64,000 bases of DNA from Clostridia bacterium. Lineage in GTDB: Bacteria > Bacillota > Clostridia > Oscillospirales > Acutalibacteraceae. The stretch lies in contig JAFQJH010000009.1 of NCBI GenBank assembly GCA_017415025.1, positions 23,570 to 87,569 on the forward strand, read 5' to 3'. The first letter of the stretch is position 1. The number at the start of each line of letters is the position of its first letter. Positions 55,287-63,638 of this stretch are shown here, one piece after another. A model generated the notes under the pieces. The model saw only the letters and a program-made list of their open reading frames with translations. It was not told where the DNA came from and did no database searches. The translations under genes and the position numbers were made by a program.

Positions 55287-56596
55287 TAACCTCCCTTAAC
55301 AACAATTTTTGTAATATCGTCTGTTGTGAAGTAGCGTGCTGTTGTATATGTACGAAGCTTGTTTGAGCAAGTGATAACGTTGCTTGAGTCGCCGCCGCAA
55401 AGCGGGTTGTTCATATACATAAGCGGGCAGATATAAGAAAGATTTACACCGCGGAGAAGAAGCTTGTTGTAAGCGTCCTTGTTCTCCTTCTTGAATCTTT
55501 CAAGAACGTCGGGTGCTGCAGTCATAACGGTACGGATCTGTACCTTCTTCTGACCCTGCTTCTTGCACTCGTTGTCAATTCTGTCAGCCCACTCGCCGAG
55601 CTGCTCGAAGGAAAGGTGAGGACAGCCGATGAAGCAAAGCTTCGGTGTTGCGCTCTTATCCTTCCAGATAACGGGATAGTTCTTGTAAACTCTTTCAAGC
55701 TCTGCATCGTCGATAACGTAAGTCTTTGCGCCTTCGATGATGAGGTCTTCGCCCATCTCAATTGCTTCGGGAGTAAGGTTTTCAATATGATAAAGACCGA
55801 CAGCACCGTTGGAAGCTGTTGCAGCACCGAAATCCTTAAGGTAAGCCTTTGTCTTATCGTCAAGCTCTGTGCCGATCCACTTGTCAAGACCCTTGACGTA
55901 GGGAACGTCTTCCATAACCTTCATACCGATAGCTGAACCGAGAACCTGAGCCTCGGGGATTTTTGTTGTCTTAACCTCGATAATCCACTTTGCCTTTCTT
56001 CCCTCGTCTGTAACAAGGTCAAAAGCGGGAACCTTGCCGAGGATTGAACCGAAGAGCTCGATGATACCGGAGTTACGGTTACATCTTGCACCGATAACAG
56101 AGTTAGCGTAAACAACGGCTGAAGACTCTGCCCAGGAGAGGATGTCGCCCTTCTTGGGTGCGTTGCCTACCTCGTCCATATAGCAGGTGCAGGTGAAAGC
56201 CTTGTTATCCTTGAGTCCGAGCTTTTTGAGCTGAACCTCGTAGGAATCCTGCATACCGTAGAGAATCTTGTTGAAGATAAGCTTCTGAAGCGGATTGCAC
56301 TTTACGTTTGCGTAGTCGATAGGTCTGGGGTCAACAGTGAAGGTCTCGTCAACCTTGAGTCCTGCATCGATAAGCTCCTGTGTGATATCGAACACGGGCT
56401 TAAGAACAGAGATACCGAAGCTTGTAACAAGGTGACCCTTATTGCCTGCAACAGAAACAAACTTTTCTGCGCCGAAAGCATCACCGTAAAGAACGAGAGT
56501 TTTCATAACCTTTGCCATTGTTTCGCCCTGTGAGCCGTGAAGAATGGCAACCTCGTCATCAGTGAGCTTCATTTTGTAAGTGAAGTTTTCATTCAT
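55283..56596 (-). CDS. Aconitase X catalytic subunit (DUF521, AcnX large subunit)
   Basis: 437 aa. Conserved Cys contexts (CTCY, IGCPH) and the N-terminal LTDDEVAILHGSQGE region typical of DUF521. Confidence 0.75.
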   Translation of the reverse strand: MNENFTYKMKLTDDEVAILHGSQGETMAKVMKTLVLYGDAFGAEKFVSVAGNKGHLVTSFGISVLKPVFDITQELIDAGLKVDETFTVDPRPIDYANVKCNPLQKLIFNKILYGMQDSYEVQLKKLGLKDNKAFTCTCYMDEVGNAPKKGDILSWAESSAVVYANSVIGARCNRNSGIIELFGSILGKVPAFDLVTDEGRKAKWIIEVKTTKIPEAQVLGSAIGMKVMEDVPYVKGLDKWIGTELDDKTKAYLKDFGAATASNGAVGLYHIENLTPEAIEMGEDLIIEGAKTYVIDDAELERVYKNYPVIWKDKSATPKLCFIGCPHLSFEQLGEWADRIDNECKKQGQKKVQIRTVMTAAPDVLERFKKENKDAYNKLLLRGVNLSYICPLMYMNNPLCGGDSSNVITCSNKLRTYTTARYFTTDDITKIVVKGGY

Positions 56597-56737
56597 AATG
56601 ATTTTCCTCCTCTTGATTAAAATACCAAGTGCAAGTATAACTTGCTAAATCCTTTTTATTATATAATAAAGGAAAAGCAATTTCAAGACGATATTGAAAA
56701 TATTGTCATATTTTTGACAATCGGTTTTATATATTTT

Positions 56738-57255
56738 AAATTTTAATTTGTCGGGGAGAAATAAAAAGTCAGCAGAACAATGGCGCCCCTGAAAGGAGAT
56801 TCCCCTGTTAGGGGAAATGTCTGCTAAGCAGACAAAAGGGTGCCAGTTTTCGTAGAAAAAGCTGGCACGACGAAGTCGTGACTGAGGGGTTCGTTGCGAA
56901 GCAACGATAAAAACAAGATAAATCAAAGAACTTTTTGGTCGCTGACGCTCCACCCATCCGCCCTGTCGGGCACCTTCCCCTTCAGGGAAGGCTACTTGTC
57001 TTTAGCTTGTTTCAAAATGAAAAAACATCGACAAACCCAAATTTACCGAACAAATTAAATTTCATTTCGTAGGGCACGGCGCTTGCCGACGTGCCGAAGA
57101 TTTTTAAACCAACTAACGGCATGTCTCAAGAGCCACGCCCTACACACCTTAATGTAATTGTGTCAGTAGGGGAGCATAGTATGCTCCCGAAGAATTACAT
57201 CAAAATCCGCGGGCAGATGATATCTGCCCCTACCGAGCTTAATTGTAATTCGTGC
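56738..57255 (-). repeat. Mosaic intergenic repeat, copy D (inverted relative to A-C)
   Basis: The reverse complement aligns with copy A over essentially all modules. By eye, identity is over 90 percent across the central 150 nt. Confidence 0.9.
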
Positions 57256-57294
57256 TTTGCCCTCCTTTACACAAGGAAGGCTAGAAAACAGCAA

Positions 57295-57354
57295 ACATTA
57301 AAGCTGTGCAGAATCCTTGACTGCACGCCCGACGATTTATTTATAATAGAATAA
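57295..57354 (+). pseudogene. Possible 3' remnant of an XRE-family HTH gene
   Basis: The in-frame tail TLKLCRILDCTPDDLFIIE-stop looks like the C-terminal end of Cro/C1-type HTH domains. The upstream part of the frame is made of repeat copy D sequence. Confidence 0.25.
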
Positions 57355-57398
57355 CAATAAGAAATCCGACAATTCAATGTGAACTGTCGGATTAAACT

Positions 57399-57854
57399 TT
57401 ATTTATCCTTTTTTGCAAGGTCGTTTGTGTTGATTGAGTTGCGGAAGACAAAATATTTCTGATACAAAAACTCAAGCACAAGGTTGCTGAGCATCACCAG
57501 AGCCTGAACGAGGTATTCGTTCCAGCCGCCGTTTGTTGCCATTGTTCCGAGATATGACGAAACGGGTGTGAATATCAGATAGAAAACCGCAACCTTAAGC
57601 ATTGCAATCGGCACGTTGTTCGCCGATTTGAACGTGAAGCGGCGGTTGAGTGTGAAATTCCACAAAACAGACAGTACGAGCGACGGTACGTTACAAGCCC
57701 AATACGGCCACTTTGCAAAGCCGAGCAGAACGGGAACCTCGTTGAATGCGGTGAACGATACCGCCTGAATAATTCCTGCCGAGAGTGAGAAGAGTGTGAA
57801 CTTAATTACGTGCCAGAGACTTTCTTTCTGTTTCTTTTCTGCCATATCAATCAC
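57399..57854 (-). CDS. GtrA-family membrane protein
   Basis: 151 aa with 4 TM helices and NRRFTFKS typical of GtrA. Confidence 0.8.
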   Translation of the reverse strand: MIDMAEKKQKESLWHVIKFTLFSLSAGIIQAVSFTAFNEVPVLLGFAKWPYWACNVPSLVLSVLWNFTLNRRFTFKSANNVPIAMLKVAVFYLIFTPVSSYLGTMATNGGWNEYLVQALVMLSNLVLEFLYQKYFVFRNSINTNDLAKKDK

Positions 57855-58522
57855 CTTTTATTCTTTTTCATCAGCTTGATAACGTATTGGAACGCCTCGA
57901 AGAGTGCAACTGCCGAAATGAAGAAGCAAGCCACGATTGCCGACCAGCGGATTGTCACCATATTGAACAAAAGCATATCGACGGTTGCTTCAATTGCGAT
58001 AAGGTAAACCGCGATTTCAACGCTTACCAGCGACAGCGCGTGCAGACCTTTCAGCTTGCCTGCACCGAGCAGTGCCGCGTCGACAGAGATGAAGATTGCC
58101 GCGAGTATGAATAACGGCAGTCCGACCTTATAGAACCAGAAAATATGACCCGCTTTGCCGATGATGTACGCGACGTACGCCAGCACGGAGAACAGACAGA
58201 TGAGTGCCGTCACGGGCGCGGGTGTTATGCGCAGTACGGGGAAAACGGAAACAATCCAAGCAACAATCAGTGCGCCGACAACGTAAGTGCACCAGCCGTC
58301 GTTCTTGTGAAAAACAAGGTCAAGCGCGATACAAAGGGTAGCGGGGAAAACCATAAGTGCTGTCATCACCGCAGCGTAACCCTTACCGCCGTCCGTCGGA
58401 CCCTTGAAAAAGGCGGACTTTTTGTTTGTGGGCTGAACAGGCGGAGAAGCCAGGTTCGAACCGCAGTTGCCGCAGAATTTGGAATTATCGGGAATAATAC
58501 TGTTACAGTTAGGACATTGCAT
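57851..58522 (-). CDS. Zinc-ribbon membrane protein
   Basis: MQCPNCNSIIPDNSKFCGNCGSNL zinc ribbon followed by about 5 TM helices. Confidence 0.7.
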   Translation of the reverse strand: MQCPNCNSIIPDNSKFCGNCGSNLASPPVQPTNKKSAFFKGPTDGGKGYAAVMTALMVFPATLCIALDLVFHKNDGWCTYVVGALIVAWIVSVFPVLRITPAPVTALICLFSVLAYVAYIIGKAGHIFWFYKVGLPLFILAAIFISVDAALLGAGKLKGLHALSLVSVEIAVYLIAIEATVDMLLFNMVTIRWSAIVACFFISAVALFEAFQYVIKLMKKNKR

Positions 58523-58634
58523 AAAACGACCTCCTTTACAGTAACATTATACATATAGTAAAAGGGAAAAGTCAACAAGTAAACACACGGCGGAGCAAGA
58601 ATTAAAAATATCTTAAAAATTACGTAAAATAATA

Positions 58635-58663
58635 TTGACAATTGCAAAATGTTTTGATAAAAT
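58635..58663 (+). promoter_or_regulatory. Promoter for the tRNA pair
   Basis: TTGACA, 17 nt spacer, TAAAAT. Confidence 0.5.
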
Positions 58664-58685
58664 GATTAGGCTGTTACAGCAACAA

Positions 58686-58762
58686 GGGCCATTAGCTCAG
58701 TTGGTTAGAGCAACCGGCTCATAACCGGTCGGTCCGGGGTTCGAGTCCCTGATGGCCCACCA
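58686..58762 (+). tRNA. tRNA with anticodon CAT, most similar to lysidine-type tRNA-Ile2 (elongator Met not excluded)
   Basis: Cloverleaf with anticodon loop CTCATAA and D-arm AGCTCAGTTGGTTAGAGC, as in Bacillus tRNA-Ile(CAU). G1-C72 is paired, so it is not an initiator. Confidence 0.85.
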
Positions 58763-58771
58763 ATTTAATAT

Positions 58772-58847
58772 AGGGGTATAGCTCAGTTGGTAGAGCAGCG
58801 GTCTCCAAAACCGCGTGCCGAGGGTTCGAGCCCTTCTGCCCCTGCCA
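58772..58847 (+). tRNA. tRNA-Trp (anticodon CCA)
   Basis: Acceptor AGGGGTA/TGCCCCT, anticodon stem GCGGT/ACCGC with loop CTCCAAA, T-arm GAGGGTTCGAGCCCTTC. Confidence 0.9.
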
Positions 58848-58853
58848 AAGAAA

Positions 58854-58895
58854 AGTCCGAAAAACCTTGATTTTACAAGGGTTTCGGGCTTTTTT
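58854..58895 (+). terminator. Intrinsic terminator after tRNA-Trp
   Basis: AGTCCGAAAAACCTTG / CAAGGGTTTCGGGCT hairpin followed by T6. Confidence 0.7.
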
Positions 58896-59169
58896 CATAC
58901 CTGAAATCAATTTTGCTAAAATCGCAATTTACCGTAAAATATCGCACATTTTCGAGTACTATATGTCCCCCGATATGTCCCCCGCAAAAGACCGCGAGTC
59001 CTGTTGTTATAAGGGGTTTTGAGCTTTGGGTTAATTTAAAATATAGCATTTTTTAGGGTGTTTTTTACCGCGTGCCGTAATTTTGATGTTTTTAACACTT
59101 GTTTTATTGATATTTATAACGTAAAAAAATAGAGCAGAATGGCAATAAGATCATTCTGCCCTTAATCGT

Positions 59170-60336
59170 TTATGAAACCAAGGTTTCCTTTATAAATTTG
59201 TCCTGCAGCATAGCGGCATTGGTTTTTGTAGCATCATCAACATGAGTGTAAATATTTGCAGTAACACCGTACTCACTGTGTCCCATAAGCTCCTGTGCCG
59301 TCTTTATATCAACACCCGACCATTGAAGCATTGAGCAATAGGTGTGGCGGAGCTGATGTGCGGTGAATTCTTCAAAGCACTCATCCGCAAAGCAGAGGTT
59401 GTTCTCATCTGCACCGTCAGCCACCCTTAACGCTTCCATATAGCTCTCGAAAAGGCGTTTCCACGCTGTTTCCGTCATTCTTCCTCCGTAAACCTTCTGA
59501 ACGACATAGGAGCCTTTAGAATGCTTTTTAGCTTCAAGAAGTAAATCGCAAAGAAAACCATTCATAGGTATTTTCCTCATACCTGCTTTGGTTTTAGTTT
59601 CCTTCAATTCGCACTGTTTGAAATCATAAGATTTATTAACATTGATGATTTTGTTCTTGAAGTCAATATCAAACCAAGTCAGAGCTGTAAGTTCACCTCG
59701 TCTGAGACCTGCAAGTAGCATTATACAAGCAGGGAGTTTAGCTCTGTGTTCAGTAGTAAGGATTAGTTGGATAGTATGCTTATTTATAGCTGTACGGGTT
59801 TTGGTGACTGAATTTTTAGGGATTTTCAAATCCTCGCAGGGATTACAGAAATTATAAGCTCTCTCTTTTCTTGCAAATTCAAAGACATTAGCGAGAGCTC
59901 TGATATATCTTTGAATAGTTTTCTTCGCCGTAGTTTTGCCTGTTGACGGATTCTTCTTGTATAATTCGTTTATGGCAGGCTGAATGTGAGAAGGAAGAAT
60001 ATCATTGAGTTTTGTTTTTGCAAGTAGTCCGCCTTTATAATCTATAAAGTATTGCAATCTCGCTTTTAGAGTTTTGTACTCAGACTCTTTGATATTATCA
60101 CACATCACTTCACTTTCTATCGTTTCAAGATAATGATTTACCCATTTTATAAGGGTATCATTATTTTTCAGAATGTTCAGACCGCTGTCTATTGCGTTCT
60201 TATACTCTCTTACTCTCTTCTCAAGCTCTTTCTCTGTCTGAGCCTTTAGCTTTTTGTATTTGGGTTTTCCGTTGGCATCTGTACCTATATAAAGTCGGGT
60301 ACAAAAGCTGTTTTTTTCTACATAAATCTTATTCAT
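59170..60336 (-). CDS. Tyrosine-type site-specific recombinase/integrase
   Basis: 388 aa. C-terminal catalytic region HQLRHTYCSMLQ...LMGHS...IYTHV (R-H-R-Y signature). Confidence 0.9.
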   Translation of the reverse strand: MNKIYVEKNSFCTRLYIGTDANGKPKYKKLKAQTEKELEKRVREYKNAIDSGLNILKNNDTLIKWVNHYLETIESEVMCDNIKESEYKTLKARLQYFIDYKGGLLAKTKLNDILPSHIQPAINELYKKNPSTGKTTAKKTIQRYIRALANVFEFARKERAYNFCNPCEDLKIPKNSVTKTRTAINKHTIQLILTTEHRAKLPACIMLLAGLRRGELTALTWFDIDFKNKIINVNKSYDFKQCELKETKTKAGMRKIPMNGFLCDLLLEAKKHSKGSYVVQKVYGGRMTETAWKRLFESYMEALRVADGADENNLCFADECFEEFTAHQLRHTYCSMLQWSGVDIKTAQELMGHSEYGVTANIYTHVDDATKTNAAMLQDKFIKETLVS

Positions 60337-60390
60337 TTTGTCCTCCTGAAAAAGTATTTGAGGGATGCTTTCGCACCCCTCACGTCAATA

Positions 60391-60624
60391 TTACTGTTTA
60401 ACGTCATTATCATCAAATGTGCCGAGTCCCATTTTGAGAAAATCATCCTGACTGACACGCCATTCTCTTCCGATTTTTCGAGCCTTGATTGTACCTTTCT
60501 GACAGTATTTCTTTAACGTCTCATAATTAAATCCCGTCAGACCTGCCACCATCTCCAGAGTAAGCAGATAAGGTAAACCGTCAAGGCTTGAAATATAATT
60601 TCTTTTGATTGCATTAGTCTTCAA
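60391..60624 (-). CDS. Excisionase-family HTH DNA-binding protein
   Basis: 77 aa. LTLEMVAGLTGFNYETLKKYCQKGTIKARKIGREWRV. Confidence 0.75.
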   Translation of the reverse strand: MKTNAIKRNYISSLDGLPYLLTLEMVAGLTGFNYETLKKYCQKGTIKARKIGREWRVSQDDFLKMGLGTFDDNDVKQ

Positions 60625-60638
60625 TAAACATCACCTCC

Positions 60639-61484
60639 TTATCTCGAATCCCAGTCTCTTTGACGAAGAAGGTATCTGTAATAATGCTCACAAGCTTTCA
60701 GTACAAAATTTTCAAAGTCTTTATCCTTAATCTTAGGAGCAACTTTTTGCAGCTTCTCCATAGATACTTTAAACATAGGCTTCTGATTTGCCTTATCTTC
60801 CTGCATAATGGTTTCAATATCTTCATCAGAAAGCTTTCCCGTCTGACTTAATTTTTTGAAACGGACAGCCTGTGAAAGAGATGGTGTTCTGTCTTCAACC
60901 TCAATGACACCGAGAAGTGCATACTGTTCTTCGTCGGTAAGGTATGAAAGCTCAACCGCAGGTGTGAGTGCGATTTTTTCTTCATCAACAAGGTCAAGTA
61001 ATTCGGGGATGAGATAAGTCAGACGAATATAACGTTGAATTTGTCTACCACTGTCTGTATCTGAAATTTCATCTCGTGACTTGTGGCCAACTTGTCCACA
61101 AGTGATACCCTGATGCTTCATTGCTTCAAGCTTCAAATTGTAAGCAAATGCCTTCTCCGACGGGAGAATATGCTCTCGGTGAAGATTACTGTCAACGAGC
61201 ATAATTGCCGCTTCATCACGGTTTATGGCATAAATAAAAGCAGGTACTGTTTCCAGCCCTGCTTTAACCGTAGCGTGTAAGCGTCGGTGTCCGCTTATCA
61301 CCTCATATTCATCTGTGTTTTCAATAGGTCGGATAATTATAGGCGTAAGAATACCTTGCTCCTGAATACTGCATATAAGAGTATTCATTTCATCGTTATC
61401 CAAAACCTTATAAGGATTTCCCTCAAAGGGATGAATTTTTGATACCGGAATGTTTACCGGTGATTTGATGTTTTGATTAAACAT
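60639..61484 (-). CDS. ParB-like nuclease-domain protein (element-borne)
   Basis: 281 aa. ILTPIIIRP...YEVISGHRRLHA ParB/Srx N-terminal motif. Confidence 0.8.
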   Translation of the reverse strand: MFNQNIKSPVNIPVSKIHPFEGNPYKVLDNDEMNTLICSIQEQGILTPIIIRPIENTDEYEVISGHRRLHATVKAGLETVPAFIYAINRDEAAIMLVDSNLHREHILPSEKAFAYNLKLEAMKHQGITCGQVGHKSRDEISDTDSGRQIQRYIRLTYLIPELLDLVDEEKIALTPAVELSYLTDEEQYALLGVIEVEDRTPSLSQAVRFKKLSQTGKLSDEDIETIMQEDKANQKPMFKVSMEKLQKVAPKIKDKDFENFVLKACEHYYRYLLRQRDWDSR

Positions 61485-61502
61485 AGTATACCTCCATAAA
61501 AA

Positions 61503-61688
61503 TTAATAATTTCTTTTATACTTTTTCTGTTCAGCTCTGATAATCTGTAAGTGTTTTCTGACAGAGTACCAAGGTGTACCCGAATACTTGGAAAAATATT
61601 CGCTTGATGACATCTCTTCTTCGTAATACTCATCACTGTCAGCCTTTTTCTCTTCCTGCATTTTCTTGCAAAGCTCTTCAGCATTCAT
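61503..61688 (-). CDS. Small hypothetical protein (element-borne)
   Basis: 61 aa, acidic then basic, tightly packed between the relaxase and ParB-like genes. Confidence 0.4.
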   Translation of the reverse strand: MNAEELCKKMQEEKKADSDEYYEEEMSSSEYFSKYSGTPWYSVRKHLQIIRAEQKKYKRNY

Positions 61689-61693
61689 AGTAT

Positions 61694-63157
61694 CTACCTC
61701 CCTTCATAATGTTTTTCTTTGACCTGAGCTCTTTCAGGGAAGTACCATTCACGGATAAGTGCCTTCTCCACTTCAAGACTTTCCTCAAGCCCCGGTCTGT
61801 CTTTGATAATTCGTTTTGCAATGTTAATCTTTTCACGCAGTGAGCCGATTTTAGACGTAAGAAAATCCCGACGGACAACAAGCTCTTCTTTGTCCGTCGG
61901 GTCTTTGCATCTTCTTATCTGATTGTAAATTTTGTTTCGCTGAGTTTTAAGCTCCTCCATACGAATCTCTGTTCTTGAAATGAATTTATCAACCTCGGCA
62001 AAGTCATAAAGCTTTTCGTTTATTGCAAGCTCAATCTGTTTATGCATAAACTCTATTCTCGGTGCAGAATATTTCATCTTCGGTGAGAACGGATGAGGAT
62101 TGCAGTTGTTCTTTTCAGCTATTGCTCCCACAAACAAGAGGGCAATAAAGAAAAGTGAAATGACAGGTGCACCGAGCACGGCACCACCTACAATCAGCTT
62201 TGTAAAATCAGAAACAGTTCTGTTAAAAGTTTCAGGGTGACGATAATGCTCTGCTGATTCTTTAAACTCATAGCCCTTGTAACAATAAATAAAAGTTTGG
62301 TTACGCAGATAATTATTCGCACGGGTATAGTTATAAAAATTTTCATCCACCTCATAAAGCCTCTGATGGTTAATCCTATCCCAAAGACTTTCGTAAGAGT
62401 ATTCATCACCAAGGTTTGAAAGCTTAACTCCGTACTTGTCGGTACGGTAACCAATCTTACCGTCATCAAACCAATAACCCTTCTGACTCATAATTCTGAA
62501 AAACTGTTTTATACTTCTGCTTCTCGGAATAGCGTAATCAATATCTTCACGCATATAATCATATTTTGTTTTAATACCTTTCTGCTTTGCCTTGTAAACA
62601 TTGTAAGGAATGCGTTTGCCCTTCGGGTTTTCAATAACAGATAATCCGTGTTCAATACAAACTTCATCACTCGTCTTTCTGAACAGTCGGTACATCGCTC
62701 TGTCTTCATTCATCTTTTTTCCGTCAGTCATTGAAACGGAATTTATTACGATATGGCAGTGAACACAGTTAGCATTAAGGTGGGTGGCAACAACCATCTC
62801 ATAATCAGCTCCCCACATCTTATTCGCAACCTCCATTGCAACCTGCTGTGCTTCTTCAGGTGAAACTTCACCGGGTTTAAAAGAAATATATGCGTGATAG
62901 GCAACAATACCTCCCGTCTTTCCATACATTTCTTTTGTATCAATCATCTGTCTTGCAGCAATGTCAGGGTCACAGTTAATGCCGTCAACAAGAAGTCGCT
63001 GTTCGCTTTCAAGATTTGTTTTGTCCTTGTCGGCGGCATAGTGAAGTGATGAAACGAGGTCTGAATATTTTGACAAATCAGTTTTGCTTTTATTAGCAGC
63101 GTAAGACACAACCTGATGAATGTTATTTTTTATCGGCCATATTCTTGTAACTGCCAT
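61694..63157 (-). CDS. Relaxase/mobilization nuclease (MobA/VirD2-type)
   Basis: 487 aa. N-terminal relaxase fold with histidine triad context ATHLNANCVHCHIVINSV. The stop of mobC overlaps this start. Confidence 0.85.
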   Translation of the reverse strand: MAVTRIWPIKNNIHQVVSYAANKSKTDLSKYSDLVSSLHYAADKDKTNLESEQRLLVDGINCDPDIAARQMIDTKEMYGKTGGIVAYHAYISFKPGEVSPEEAQQVAMEVANKMWGADYEMVVATHLNANCVHCHIVINSVSMTDGKKMNEDRAMYRLFRKTSDEVCIEHGLSVIENPKGKRIPYNVYKAKQKGIKTKYDYMREDIDYAIPRSRSIKQFFRIMSQKGYWFDDGKIGYRTDKYGVKLSNLGDEYSYESLWDRINHQRLYEVDENFYNYTRANNYLRNQTFIYCYKGYEFKESAEHYRHPETFNRTVSDFTKLIVGGAVLGAPVISLFFIALLFVGAIAEKNNCNPHPFSPKMKYSAPRIEFMHKQIELAINEKLYDFAEVDKFISRTEIRMEELKTQRNKIYNQIRRCKDPTDKEELVVRRDFLTSKIGSLREKINIAKRIIKDRPGLEESLEVEKALIREWYFPERAQVKEKHYEGR

Positions 63158-63495
63158 TAAACGAATCTCCCTTTTCCCGGTTTAAAATATTTTGCGATAT
63201 CCGATTCAAGTGAACGGATATCTGATAAAACTTCTCTGCATTCAGCACGGTCAATGAAACCGATTGAGTTAGCTTTAGCAGTAAGCTGATTAAGATTAGT
63301 ACCGACTCTGCGAAGCTCAATGATAAAATGTTTGTAATCAATTGGCGGAGCTTCAACAAGCCTACTACCTAAAATCATTGCTCTGATAATTTTGCTTCGG
63401 TCAGTTTTCATTACCTTACAAAATTTGTTTAATACTTCATTTTCTTCTTCACTAAGATAAACATGAAAATCAATTTCTCTTTTTCGTTTTGACAT
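63157..63495 (-). CDS. mobC: MobC-family relaxosome accessory protein
   Basis: 112 aa. LRRVGTNLNQLTAKAN motif. Confidence 0.85.
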   Translation of the reverse strand: MSKRKREIDFHVYLSEEENEVLNKFCKVMKTDRSKIIRAMILGSRLVEAPPIDYKHFIIELRRVGTNLNQLTAKANSIGFIDRAECREVLSDIRSLESDIAKYFKPGKGRFV

Positions 63496-63638
63496 AGGAA
63501 TTCTCCTTTCTTTAATTTTTGTGTTTGGGATGTTGGTAAAAACGCTCTGTTTTTACGGATTTGCGGATACAAATCCAATGCTTGCTAAACTTCGGACCAA
63601 AATCCAAATAGTAAAAGCAAGCGTTGGTTTGTCCTCGT

